Shown: positions 18,809 through 29,211 of the stretch, piece after piece
How the letters are laid out: each line of letters begins with the position of its first letter
How positions within the stretch are numbered: position 1 is the first letter of the stretch
IMG/VR virus record: IMGVR_UViG_3300002026_000069
Location: 36,161-100,160 of that record
From: a virus
DNA: 64,000 nucleotides
Strand: one strand, 5' to 3'
Notes under the pieces: model-generated
Seen by the model: only the letters and a program-made list of their open reading frames with translations
Databases searched by the model: none
What the model was told of the DNA's origin: nothing
Translations under genes and position numbers: made by a program

Positions 18809-19162
18809 ATGTTCTCGGTCAAAAATCGCTCTAATATCCGTCAGGTTACGCCCTACGGCGAATTTGGCGCGTTTGAGTCTAAGACATTCTATCCAGTTTC
18901 TAAGATTTATGCGAATGCTCGGGCTTTCTTTATTCAAAAGCCTCAATTTGAGACTTTTGATAATTTATTGCCTGTAGAACCAGCTAAAGCTCCTGTTGCC
19001 AAGGTTGATCCACCAAAACCAGTAGATCCACCAGCAGCCCCAACTGAAGAGAAACTGAAGCAAGAAGAGGTAGTTGCTCCTTCGACTGAAAAAGTTGACG
19101 AAGTAGTACCCGCTGAAGTACCAGTTGTGGAAAAGAAGCCGAAGGGCAAGCGTTCGTTCTAA
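18809..19162 (+). CDS. Pro/Glu-rich post-capsid protein
   Basis: TTGTAA-N16-TACTAT promoter upstream; low-complexity tail. Confidence 0.55.
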   Translation: MFSVKNRSNIRQVTPYGEFGAFESKTFYPVSKIYANARAFFIQKPQFETFDNLLPVEPAKAPVAKVDPPKPVDPPAAPTEEKLKQEEVVAPSTEKVDEVVPAEVPVVEKKPKGKRSF

Positions 19163-19186
19163 ATCTAAAAATTCTCAGTGAATTTT

Positions 19187-19219
19187 AGAGCTAGGATCTA
19201 CTTGATCCTAGCTCTTTTT
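19187..19219 (+). terminator. Terminator overlapping the -35 of the next promoter
   Basis: AGAGCTAGGATC/GATCCTAGCTCT+TTTT; TTGATC-N16-TAGACT ends 6 nt before ATG 19236. Confidence 0.7.
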
Positions 19220-19235
19220 GTTTTAGACTATATTC

Positions 19236-20195
19236 ATGTCAACTCCGCATTTGTTTGATTTCGTAATTAACAGAGTTCGAATCTATATTCGTGATTCTAA
19301 AGAGTTAAATAAGCTTTTAGGTAACAAGTTTGAATCAGACGATACTGCTGTTCGTCAGGCTATCATTGATGCAATTAATGATTGGAATATCTCTCAGCCT
19401 CCACTTACTCCAATTGATCTGAGAACACATCCAGCTAAGATTTTACTCGTAAGAAAAGCTTGTGTTGAATTAATGAAGTCTGCAATGATTTGGCATAGCA
19501 GAGAACACATGCCATCACAAGATGGCGGAACATCTGCTGATGACCATGCGAAGTTTGCTGAGTATTCGCAATGGATTGGAATGATTGAAGCTGATTATGA
19601 AACTAAGAAATCAGCATTAAAAGTCTCAATGAATGTTGCTCAGTGTTTCGGTGGTTTAGCATCGGAATACTCATATGGATGGGAAGATTGGGGCTACAAT
19701 TTCCGCTCTGTGGATATGGTTTCTGGATACCCTCCAAATCAATCTGGCACAGGAACAGGTGGAAGTCCAGCTACGGGGGGCGATCCGTTCTTTGACCCCA
19801 TGGAAGAAGGCCAAGCACCCGTTGGTGGGCCTCCTGTAGCAGAGCCTACACTACCAGAGCGCACAGGCGATGTTCTTACATTCATTCTTACACATACTAA
19901 TGCACCTTCGAAGAAGTTGTTCCGTATTCCAGCTAATGCGACAGTTTACGAGATAAGAGTTCAAGTTGAGAATGCATTTACTGGATTAGGTGGTCCAATC
20001 GAATTAACCGTTGGAGATGTTGGACAAACAGATCGTCTAGCACAAGCCATTGAATCTGATATGGCCACAGTTGGAACATATGTAATTAACGTTGATTACA
20101 CATATGCCGCAGCAGAAGATATTTATGTGTACATTGGCAATGTTCCTATCATTGGTAAGTGTAAGGTCATTCTAACCTACGATACGGCACAGTAA
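19236..20195 (+). CDS. Head-tail adaptor-like protein with C-terminal beta domain
   Basis: VRIYIRD...SDD..AI.DWN pattern typical of adaptor proteins; position. Confidence 0.55.
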   Translation: MSTPHLFDFVINRVRIYIRDSKELNKLLGNKFESDDTAVRQAIIDAINDWNISQPPLTPIDLRTHPAKILLVRKACVELMKSAMIWHSREHMPSQDGGTSADDHAKFAEYSQWIGMIEADYETKKSALKVSMNVAQCFGGLASEYSYGWEDWGYNFRSVDMVSGYPPNQSGTGTGGSPATGGDPFFDPMEEGQAPVGGPPVAEPTLPERTGDVLTFILTHTNAPSKKLFRIPANATVYEIRVQVENAFTGLGGPIELTVGDVGQTDRLAQAIESDMATVGTYVINVDYTYAAAEDIYVYIGNVPIIGKCKVILTYDTAQ

Positions 20196-20728
20196 TGGCA
20201 GAGAAGGCTGAAAACATCAAGCGCATCATGTCATCCTATCTTAGGATGGCTGGTGGGCGTATTAAATGGGTTATGGGTGTTTTACATCTCAGAAATGAGA
20301 GTGACACATCATATCAGAATCTTTCTGCTGGAGATGCAGAACTAGATTCAGTTACATTAAAAGATGTAACTAGAACAAATTCGTTAAGAATAAAGCCAGA
20401 TCCGAATACCGGCACATATGATATCACACTTCCTCAATCATCGCCAAATCCTGGGGATACTCTTAGAGTAATTAATCCAGCAGGCGATACGGAATGGTCA
20501 GATCAGATCACAGCATTAGGAAATCCATTCTTCGAAGAAACCACCATGTCATATGGACAGGTGACATATCCGCTTCAATTTGCGCCATCTTTATCAAACC
20601 CAATTCAAGCATTAGTTAATGGCATTGAGGTTGAATTTACCATCTTAGCTAATACAATCACTATAACAACTTATTCATCAGGAGAAATAGAGAACACGGA
20701 TATTCTTCGTGTTTACTATTACAAATAA
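20195..20728 (+). CDS. Virion structural protein
   Basis: Beta-rich, LVNG motif, operon position. Confidence 0.45.
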   Translation: MAEKAENIKRIMSSYLRMAGGRIKWVMGVLHLRNESDTSYQNLSAGDAELDSVTLKDVTRTNSLRIKPDPNTGTYDITLPQSSPNPGDTLRVINPAGDTEWSDQITALGNPFFEETTMSYGQVTYPLQFAPSLSNPIQALVNGIEVEFTILANTITITTYSSGEIENTDILRVYYYK

Positions 20729-20731
20729 TCT

Positions 20732-21406
20732 ATGAAGCCCACAGCCAAACAACTTAACGTTCTTGTAGGTCAGGCTAAATGGAACAGCGTATTTGCTGGA
20801 ACCATTCCGGCATCGACTGGAATTATTGTCACTACAGCCTTTGCTGGTATGGTGAATGGTGGAACTGATTCGGTGGCTGGTGTTTATACAACAGCACCGC
20901 AGAATAAGATCTTCCTAAGAAATCGCGCTACTGGTAAAGCTTTCGAAGACTCATCGAATTGTCAGATTATTGGTCGATTGACATACTCGGCTACTGTCTG
21001 GACCATTAACTTCTACTACATCAGCGGTGGAGCAGAAGTAGCCTATAACTTCACGGGTAATCCTGACGTAGGTGCAAACTTTGACTTTAGATGGTGTGAG
21101 TCGATTCAGCTTAAGGATGCAAGTCCAACGGCTGTTGTTGACTTTGGCGAGGGTATTGACGAGCTTGAAGCAAGCTCACCATTATCTCACGATCATATCG
21201 TTGATAAGATCGTAGCGACTTCTCTTCAAACATCATTTGCTTTATCTCAAACGCCCAAGACTGCAACTGAAGTTGCTATGTTTGTTAATGGTATTCGTTA
21301 CAATTACACAACTGACTACACTATAGCTGTAGTCACATTAACTTGGCTAGATACTGACTTTACCATGGCAGCCGGTGATGTTGTAACCCTTGTCTACATG
21401 AAATGA
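20732..21406 (+). CDS. Virion structural protein
   Basis: QTSFALS..P...MFVNG....DYT...GD.V fibre-associated module. Confidence 0.5.
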   Translation: MKPTAKQLNVLVGQAKWNSVFAGTIPASTGIIVTTAFAGMVNGGTDSVAGVYTTAPQNKIFLRNRATGKAFEDSSNCQIIGRLTYSATVWTINFYYISGGAEVAYNFTGNPDVGANFDFRWCESIQLKDASPTAVVDFGEGIDELEASSPLSHDHIVDKIVATSLQTSFALSQTPKTATEVAMFVNGIRYNYTTDYTIAVVTLTWLDTDFTMAAGDVVTLVYMK

Positions 21407-23608
21407 TTCAATCTAAGCAAATCACCAATCAGTTCGTTAATGACCAATCGGAGAAAACTTCGATTGTAGATAACGATACTATTTTAATATCAGATAGTGC
21501 TGATAGTGGAAAGTCTAAGAAGATAAAAAAGGAAAATCTTTTAGCTGATTATCTTACAAATGAAACTGGAGTAGAGTTTCTTGTAGATTCAATTGATAAC
21601 GGTGGTATAGAGTATATTGACGGCGATGGTGCTTCTTGGAATACAACTACTTCTATTATTGGAAGTTCATCTGGAGCAACTGCCACAGTAAGAGGAACTA
21701 CTGGCACTACTACTGGTTTCTTAGCACTAACTGGAATAGTTGGCAATTTCCAAGTTGGTGAAACTATTACAAGTCAACAATCACCATTTAAAGTATCAAA
21801 AGTTGCTCAATTCAAGAAGCAGATGGTTTCTGTTGAGAGAGTCCAATCTGGTTGCTCAATTCAAGAAGCAGATGGTTTCTGTTGAGAGAGTCCAATCTGG
21901 AAGTAACGATGTATTCCTTTATGGCGCTCCTTGGGGATTAAATGAGAGAATAAAGGAACTTGGTTCTGCATCACCAAACCAAATATTTTGGGCTGGACAG
22001 AACGCTAGTTGGTTATTTGCATCTACTGGTTTTAATAGTGATATTGTAATTCAAAAGCAATTTACTGGTGCAATAGTCCCAAGCAACTCCATTAGGCTCG
22101 GATGGGAAGGTAGTTACGCACAGTTAACTGTTGGCGGTGTTACCATAATGAATATCATAGGTGGGAATACAACCTATGTCGGAACGGTATTAGTACCTAA
22201 ATTAAATTTAATAAATACTAATGTAACTTCAAGTGTCGATGGTGATTTATGGTATTATGAAGATGTTCCAGGAGAAGGAAGTGGTATATTCTTCAATTCT
22301 GGCGGAAATGTCAAACAACTTGATTTTGATTCTAATACAGTTGGTCCAATCCAAAAAGTTGTATTAAATGATAATGGTAATGGAACAATCAATGTTCCTG
22401 CATTACCAGTATTCCTTTATTCAACTGCAAGTTGGATAGGAACATATAGACATTATCATATTCCAGAAGCATTAAATCTTTCTCTTACAGATAATGCAAT
22501 TAACTATCTGGTTGCTAACTATAATTCTGGATCACCTGTTTACCAGATAACAACAAACTCAGCGATTATAAACAACTCTAATATTGCTCTTATAGCAACT
22601 ATGAGTCGTTATGGAACTGAGATACATTGGATACCTGTTGATTGGGGATTAGCAACTGCTGTTAAATTAAATAATCGTCAAGTTAATATTCAGAGATTTC
22701 AGAGAAGCTCTGGATTAATGCTGAGCGAAACTCCAACAAGAATAATAAATATTTCCAGTGGTGTTATATGGTATGGTCATACGAGTTACGCTGAAAGTGC
22801 AGTAGTATCATCCAGTAATAATGCTGACTTCTGGTATCATTCTGGCGGAAATTGGACAAAGAGTATCGTATCTGAGTATAATAACACTCAGTATGACGAT
22901 GGAACTGATCTACAAATTTTAGGTAATAATAATTATACAGTCAATTGGGTATACCGTTATATTGATGGTGCTGGATTACCTAAGATAGCTTATGTTCTTA
23001 GTAATGGAAACTATAATAACATTGCCAATGCAAAATCTGCAACGGCTCCAATAATATCAACTATTCTTGACAGAACGGCTATTTTAGTTGGAAGAATAAT
23101 AGTTCAGAAGAATGCAACCGTAGCAACTCAAATTGACTCAGCGTTCATACAAACATTTGCTGGAAGCACTGTTACCAACCATGATAGTCTGAGCGGATTA
23201 CAGGGTGGAATTACTGGTGAGTATTATCATTTAACTAATCAACAGCATACAGGTTTAATTACTAAGACTCTTACATTCGTCATTGATGGTGGAGGTAGTG
23301 TTCCAGCTACAGGAGCTTATGCTTCAATTCGTATTCCATTTTCTGGAACTATAACAGGATGGTCTATTGTTGCTGATGTTTCTGGATCGGTAGTATTGGA
23401 TATTTGGAAGCTTAATGGAGTAAAGCCAACAAATGTTGATTCAATTACAGCTTTAGATAAACCAACGCTAACTACGAGTGATATTGCTACATCAAGCACT
23501 CTTACCGGATGGACAACTGCCGTTCTAGCTGGAGATGTAATGACAGTTGAATTAGAGTCTGTTACTACATCAACAAGACTAACACTTCAATTGGATATTG
23601 AGCTATGA
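21403..23608 (+). CDS. Head/tail fibre-like protein broken by a 49-bp duplication
   Basis: Removing one copy fuses 21403-21885 with 21740-23608; HDSLSGLQGG...HL motif and C-terminal jelly-roll-like module. Confidence 0.6.
21802..21899. repeat. Perfect 49-bp tandem duplication
   Basis: 21802-21850 = 21851-21899. Confidence 0.95.
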
Positions 23609-23808
23609 GTGATATAGAGAAACAGATAAATGAGTTCATGGCTGAAGAATTTAAAAAATTTATTTTAGATTCCCTAAATAGCAGAGAATTACTATCTAGA
23701 AGAATAGAAATTCCTTATCTTGGAACATATAAAGCAGTTGTATTATCTGCACCAAGAGATAGCGAAGGTATTCTTCTTGAAGGCACTATTCTTTTTAAGA
23801 AAGATTAA
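23605..23808 (+). CDS. Hypothetical protein
   Basis: Coupled ORF. Confidence 0.45.
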   Translation: MSDIEKQINEFMAEEFKKFILDSLNSRELLSRRIEIPYLGTYKAVVLSAPRDSEGILLEGTILFKKD

Positions 23809-23810
23809 GT

Positions 23811-26720
23811 ATGGTTGCCAAGAATACTTTATTCTATCCATTTCCGACTGTTCCAGAACAATATTCTCCTGTTTTTGATAGTGTTCAGATTTTTAATGGA
23901 ACGACATTCGCAGATGAAACAGTTGATTCAACCAGTGTGACATCGGGAGATGTAACATTAGGATCAGTTGTAAACTCTGCGTATTATTTTGGTGATACGG
24001 CAGACGCTCATTGGTCTGGATTTAGAGGCTCGCTTTCCATTGCTGGATTAACTCAATCGTTTACATCAGTAAAAACATTCAATGGAACTACATGGGTAAC
24101 TGAAACCACAGACGCAAACAGTACAGGTTCAAACGATATTAGTTTAACATCAAATGTAGGACATAAATGGTTCTTTGGCTGTGCGAATCTGTTTGAAGGA
24201 CTTAGAGTTCAGAAAAACACAAGCTTTTCATATCTTGGCAGTGTTTTGAAATGGGAATATTCAACAGGTGGAAATACATGGGTTGAATTTGCTCCATCTA
24301 TTTCTTTCGGAGTTGATACTCATTTAAATAATAATGATCCAACTGGCATTACGAATTGCCAGATGAATGAACTGTGCTGGGATTCATCAGCACTGTCTGG
24401 ATGGACAACAGACACGCAAGATGGTGTATCTGCGTATTATATACGAGTCACTATTATAACTCCATATGTAAATGTATCTGGCACTTTAGTAACAACAGTT
24501 ACATTTACAAGATTTCAAGCCATAAATGGGAAATGGCAATATTGGAATGGCGCAAGTTGGGTATTTTTTGCGCCTAAAACAACTGATATATTTAGTGCGA
24601 ACTATACTGCTTCATCTGGATTCTTTCTTGCTACAAGTTTATATTTTTCATTTAATCCATTTGCATTAACTGGATGGGCTAATACATCTGGAGTTAATAG
24701 TCCAAATTTGGTTAACGGAAGATATATTCGTTATCTTATAACATCTGATTTCGTTACAGTTCCAATCGGATCATATTTTACGCATGGATTTTATAATTAT
24801 CTCAATAAAACCATATACTGTTCTGAAGTAAATGCACGAACAATCACAAGTGCATGGCTTCGTGCAACTGCAATCATTAATGATGACAGTACAGATTACA
24901 AGGGTGGAGCAGTATATGTTCGTGTAAATGGTGGAAGTTGGAGTGAATATGTTGATCAATTAGTATACGCAGATACGGGTGAATCTTTTACAACATTCAT
25001 TGGGACAGATATTACTAGCCAGTTAAATAGTAATTTCACCGGATCATCAACTACTATAGAAATAGCAACGATTATAAATTGTGATTTTGAAGCCACTACT
25101 ACATCTTATATTTCCAATAGTCAGGTTGAACTTGGATTTACTTATGAATTTAATGAAGTTGGACAAAATATTTTAACTAAAACAGTTAAATATCCGTTAC
25201 CTACTCCAATTAACTATTTCACGACTTCATATCAAACTATTGATACACTTCCTGCTTGGGATACATTTCTTCCAGAAGTCAATAAGAATATTAGAAATAT
25301 TGTTATTGTCATGGAGGGTTCTAGCCAATGCAACGTTGCAACCGCACATACTTTCAAATATAGATTCGATGCAGGGGCAGATAATGTCTTTGGAGATGTC
25401 ACTAACCCAGCTTCATCTGAATACAATGTATTCGCTGCAATAGATTTATCTGCATTAGCAACAAATGCAACTCATCTATTTGAGGGTAGCTCAACGAACT
25501 CTGGTGCAAAATACAATCCTATTGCATTTACTGTTTATGTAACATATGATTATGATATTTCATTAAGTACAAGAGTTCTAAACTCTATCGTTAGTTCATA
25601 TGATCCTTACCTAGATCATATGTTTCCAACTGGAATTGCTATAATTATTAAACTTAATAAAATTATTAGAATTGCAGAACCAGGGACGATTACAATAAAA
25701 CAAAGTGCAGTAAGGAGTCTTTTCAACGAAAACGCCTCTCTGAAATTTAGATGTAAGGTTGGTGCTGGATCAGTAAGAGATTATCAAGGTTCTGCTATTA
25801 CAATTAATGGATCATCTCAGATATTTAATACTGTGTTTTCAAGCGTAGAAGTTCCGCTAGTTCGTGGAGCAAATAATATTACAACGGAAATTGATACCGG
25901 AGGTACTGGTTCAATTGCTTTTTATGCAAAGGGATCAAATCACGAAATAATTTTAAATTACGAAAGCGACATCGCTCCAAGTGGAGTAAATAATCATAAT
26001 AAAACTATTTATAAATATTTTTCTGGATATAGCGAAGGTGTAGCTGCGGCTAGTACCAGAACAATTTTACTAGAATTTGCAACGATTGTAGAAAGTACAT
26101 TCTTTATTAATGAAGCTGCGTTTGAAATTAAGACGAAATCTTCTACATCAAATGAGGTTGGAGCAATCGGAATCTTTTCTGTTTCTGGAGATGATGTTGG
26201 CTCTGGATATCATATTAGTAACACATATGCGTTAGCTAATTTCCAAGAGAGAGGCATAAAATGCTCTGTATGTTCTATATTAAATGCATTCAAACAATAT
26301 CCAGAGCAACCTCCGCTATCTAATCCATCTTCTTATTCTCAGAGATTTGATATAGAACTGAAAAGAAGATTTACATTCTTTAATTCTTATTCTCCATATA
26401 GAGATATATGGAGCCGTTATACTTATCATAGTATAAGTAAGGTACTTACTGGAACAATAACAGGGTTCTCTGGAGATGGCAGTGGAATAACAGTAAACAT
26501 TTATTGTGTATCAAATGGAAATCAGTTGGTCGCAACAGTTACAACTTCTATAGGTGGAACCTTCTCGTTCACATGCTACGATGAAACAGAAGTATTATTT
26601 GCTACTGCCGAAAGAGATGATGGAATCATCATTAGTAGTCAGAAAGAGGCTAACTCCACCAGCTATGATATTAGTTTTAACTCAGGTTCTTCTGTAACCA
26701 GTTATGCATTCATCGGTTGA
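23811..26720 (+). CDS. Large beta-rich virion protein (fibre/receptor-binding candidate)
   Basis: 969 aa, S/T/N/Y-rich, internal duplicated module. Confidence 0.55.
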   Translation: MVAKNTLFYPFPTVPEQYSPVFDSVQIFNGTTFADETVDSTSVTSGDVTLGSVVNSAYYFGDTADAHWSGFRGSLSIAGLTQSFTSVKTFNGTTWVTETTDANSTGSNDISLTSNVGHKWFFGCANLFEGLRVQKNTSFSYLGSVLKWEYSTGGNTWVEFAPSISFGVDTHLNNNDPTGITNCQMNELCWDSSALSGWTTDTQDGVSAYYIRVTIITPYVNVSGTLVTTVTFTRFQAINGKWQYWNGASWVFFAPKTTDIFSANYTASSGFFLATSLYFSFNPFALTGWANTSGVNSPNLVNGRYIRYLITSDFVTVPIGSYFTHGFYNYLNKTIYCSEVNARTITSAWLRATAIINDDSTDYKGGAVYVRVNGGSWSEYVDQLVYADTGESFTTFIGTDITSQLNSNFTGSSTTIEIATIINCDFEATTTSYISNSQVELGFTYEFNEVGQNILTKTVKYPLPTPINYFTTSYQTIDTLPAWDTFLPEVNKNIRNIVIVMEGSSQCNVATAHTFKYRFDAGADNVFGDVTNPASSEYNVFAAIDLSALATNATHLFEGSSTNSGAKYNPIAFTVYVTYDYDISLSTRVLNSIVSSYDPYLDHMFPTGIAIIIKLNKIIRIAEPGTITIKQSAVRSLFNENASLKFRCKVGAGSVRDYQGSAITINGSSQIFNTVFSSVEVPLVRGANNITTEIDTGGTGSIAFYAKGSNHEIILNYESDIAPSGVNNHNKTIYKYFSGYSEGVAAASTRTILLEFATIVESTFFINEAAFEIKTKSSTSNEVGAIGIFSVSGDDVGSGYHISNTYALANFQERGIKCSVCSILNAFKQYPEQPPLSNPSSYSQRFDIELKRRFTFFNSYSPYRDIWSRYTYHSISKVLTGTITGFSGDGSGITVNIYCVSNGNQLVATVTTSIGGTFSFTCYDETEVLFATAERDDGIIISSQKEANSTSYDISFNSGSSVTSYAFIG

Positions 26721-26765
26721 ATATACCCATACATTGGATAATATACATATGGGAATTTCAACACA

Positions 26766-27617
26766 ATGTCTGATCCAGTACCCATTTCGCCGCAAGAAAT
26801 TCAAGCTCTTGCAGAGTCAGTTAATTCACTCAAAACAGGAGGGATGATTTTCATTGTCGTAATGACAGTGATCATCTTAGCCTATATGATGATATCTAAA
26901 TACTTTACCTGGAAGAAAGAGAAGGCAATAAGCGATCAGAAGTCTGCTAGGGTGGAAGCTCAGATAAAAGCATTAACGAGTATAAATGATTCATTATCTC
27001 TTGTTAAGTCAGAACTAACGACTCTTGGACAAGATAACAAGCGGCATAATGAAGCTCTTCTTTTAGCTCATAATCATGTTAATTTTCAGCTAGATCAAAT
27101 GGGAAAGAAGATTCGTGGAATAATTCCTGATGTTGATGCCAGTAAGATCATAAAAGTTTATTTTAATTCTATTATAAGAAAAGAAGTTTCATTCTTGGTT
27201 GAAGCTCAGATTATTGAGAACGGATTTCATGAATCGGCTGATTTTATAAGACGCAGAATGAAATCAAACACCAAAGATGTACTTGATCGTTGCCAGGATG
27301 AACTTAAGGGCCTCAAGCTTCCCATATCAGTTAGAAGTATCTTTTTAACTTACAAAGATAAAGATGGAGATCGTTATCAGGTCTGTGATGTCATTTGGGA
27401 GGCCATCCAACCAATTCTAGCTCGCGGTGGAGATAAAAAGAAGAATATTGAAGAGGCTAAACTTATTATTCAAAATGTTCTTAATGATTATATTAATCCA
27501 GTCATCAAAGAACTCACAGAAACAGCAACAGATAAATATGAAGCTGCACTAGAGAAGAAGCCTTCAAGTGGCACCGCTGCTTCATTTAAACCTATTAGAA
27601 CACCCTTACCAGGATGA
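26766..27617 (+). CDS. Single-TM coiled-coil membrane protein
   Basis: MIFIVVMTVIILAYMMI followed by coiled coil. Confidence 0.5.
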   Translation: MSDPVPISPQEIQALAESVNSLKTGGMIFIVVMTVIILAYMMISKYFTWKKEKAISDQKSARVEAQIKALTSINDSLSLVKSELTTLGQDNKRHNEALLLAHNHVNFQLDQMGKKIRGIIPDVDASKIIKVYFNSIIRKEVSFLVEAQIIENGFHESADFIRRRMKSNTKDVLDRCQDELKGLKLPISVRSIFLTYKDKDGDRYQVCDVIWEAIQPILARGGDKKKNIEEAKLIIQNVLNDYINPVIKELTETATDKYEAALEKKPSSGTAASFKPIRTPLPG

Positions 27618-28363
27618 TTAAGCTTAATGAATTCAGAGTAGTCATGGTTGAAGTCGAAGCCCTTCGACTATACTGGACTATTGAACCTACTACTGAAGAC
27701 ATTGAAGAATATGATTTCAGTGTTTTGAGATCTGGAGCAGAAGAAGGACCTTGGCAATTAATAGCTAGTAATCTACAGTTTCAATATGTAGATCACGAAG
27801 CAAATAACTATTCAAGTGATAGAATTTACTATTACATAGTAAGGGTAACACATAAGGCTACTAAGAAGTTTCAGGACTTTGGGCCTGAAAATAATCAATT
27901 TCCAATTGAACCTATCGGATTAGAATTAGTTCGTAAGAAGAATGTCTATCTAAGAACACAGACAGGTCTTCCTGTTTTCTTATTTAAGAAGAAGACTTTT
28001 GGGCAATACTGCCCAGCCTGCTTTGATATGATTAAGCAGAGAGTTTCAAAAACAAATTGTGAAGTATGCTTTGGAACTGGATTCTCTGGTGGATACTGGA
28101 GGCCAATAGAGGTTTATGTAAATAAGTCTGTTCCAGAAAGTCTTACGAAGACTATTGGATTCCAAAAGTCAGCCGGTGCTTCAGTTGTCGAAACAGCTAA
28201 TCATCCTTACATATCTGCTGGTGACTTTCTTCTCTTTCCTCAAATAGGGGAACGTCATAGAGTTGTTTCAGTTACAGTTCATACTCGCATGGGTGCGTAT
28301 ATTAGTCAGTATGTTAACCTAACGGAAATAAATCGTTCGGATATAGAATATCTTGTCAGATAA
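27614..28363 (+). CDS. Neck/head-closure protein with Zn ribbon
   Basis: CPAC...CEVCFGTGFSGGY; FN3-like N-terminus; position. Confidence 0.6.
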   Translation: MIKLNEFRVVMVEVEALRLYWTIEPTTEDIEEYDFSVLRSGAEEGPWQLIASNLQFQYVDHEANNYSSDRIYYYIVRVTHKATKKFQDFGPENNQFPIEPIGLELVRKKNVYLRTQTGLPVFLFKKKTFGQYCPACFDMIKQRVSKTNCEVCFGTGFSGGYWRPIEVYVNKSVPESLTKTIGFQKSAGASVVETANHPYISAGDFLLFPQIGERHRVVSVTVHTRMGAYISQYVNLTEINRSDIEYLVR

Positions 28364-28583
28364 TCTCTTATCTCAGCAAGACATTCAAAAGAAGCTTGCG
28401 GTTATCCGTGATTCTTTAGATCAACATGGTCTTGAATACTTTATTGTAGTTGGGAATAAAAAGGCTGGCGCATCTATTTATAATGGAAGAAATAATAATG
28501 GCGCAGCCAAGCATGCGCGTGATGCTCATATGCAATGGGAAAAAACAAAAGGAATAGACTCTAAGCACGATTGGTCTAAATAA
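28353..28583 (+). CDS. Hypothetical protein
   Basis: Coupled ORF. Confidence 0.4.
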   Translation: MSDNLLSQQDIQKKLAVIRDSLDQHGLEYFIVVGNKKAGASIYNGRNNNGAAKHARDAHMQWEKTKGIDSKHDWSK

Positions 28584-29005
28584 TGCTTAGAAGAATTGAA
28601 GTTGATGTTGACGATCCAGAGGAAATGAATCGTCTAAAAGAAGAATACATTATAAATTTAAAGGAGTATCTCTACTCCGGTGTTTTAAAGCATCCTACTG
28701 GTGCATTAGCAAATTCCATTCGTGGTTACTGTGTAGATAACTACATTATCATTTATTCCGATAAGATGTACGCTGAAGCCGTTGATAGCGGTGTTAAGCC
28801 TCATATCATGTGGTATCTCATGGGAAAGACAATTCCCATTGGCGGAACATTTCGTAGAGTTACAATAGCTTCTATCTCTAAAGGCGCTTGGCGTCATCCA
28901 GGTACACAAGGCGTTCATTACTTACAGACAGCATTAGAGAGATTGCAAATGCAGCATCCCAACTATAATATTGGGTGGGCAAAAGATAGGGAAGAAGTAG
29001 CATGA
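28583..29005 (+). CDS. HK97 gp10-like tail component
   Basis: TGALANSI, YAEAVDSG..PH, HPGT. Confidence 0.65.
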   Translation: MLRRIEVDVDDPEEMNRLKEEYIINLKEYLYSGVLKHPTGALANSIRGYCVDNYIIIYSDKMYAEAVDSGVKPHIMWYLMGKTIPIGGTFRRVTIASISKGAWRHPGTQGVHYLQTALERLQMQHPNYNIGWAKDREEVA

Positions 29006-29211
29006 CTCCAATAACCGGCGCAGTATTAGGTGGTTTACTTGGGGCAACCAATGTAAAAGTTGGAGATCTCTCTAAATCTCAGAAGGTTGCAGTTCTTGCT
29101 TTAGCTGGTGCGGTCCTTGCTTCTTTACATAAAGAAATGTATAAAGATCCACTAAAGGAGCCTGTTTCTTCTATAGAGGCTTACAAGTATAGAGATGAGC
29201 GTCGTGCTTAA
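29002..29211 (+). CDS. Small glycine-zipper protein
   Basis: GAVLGGLLG...ALAGAVLA. Confidence 0.5.
   Translation: MTPITGAVLGGLLGATNVKVGDLSKSQKVAVLALAGAVLASLHKEMYKDPLKEPVSSIEAYKYRDERRA

Noticed and set aside
11599-21899. CRISPR array or DGR template/variable repeats
   Set aside because: Two-copy exact adjacent duplications with no spacers, no A-specific mismatches, and no RT or cas genes
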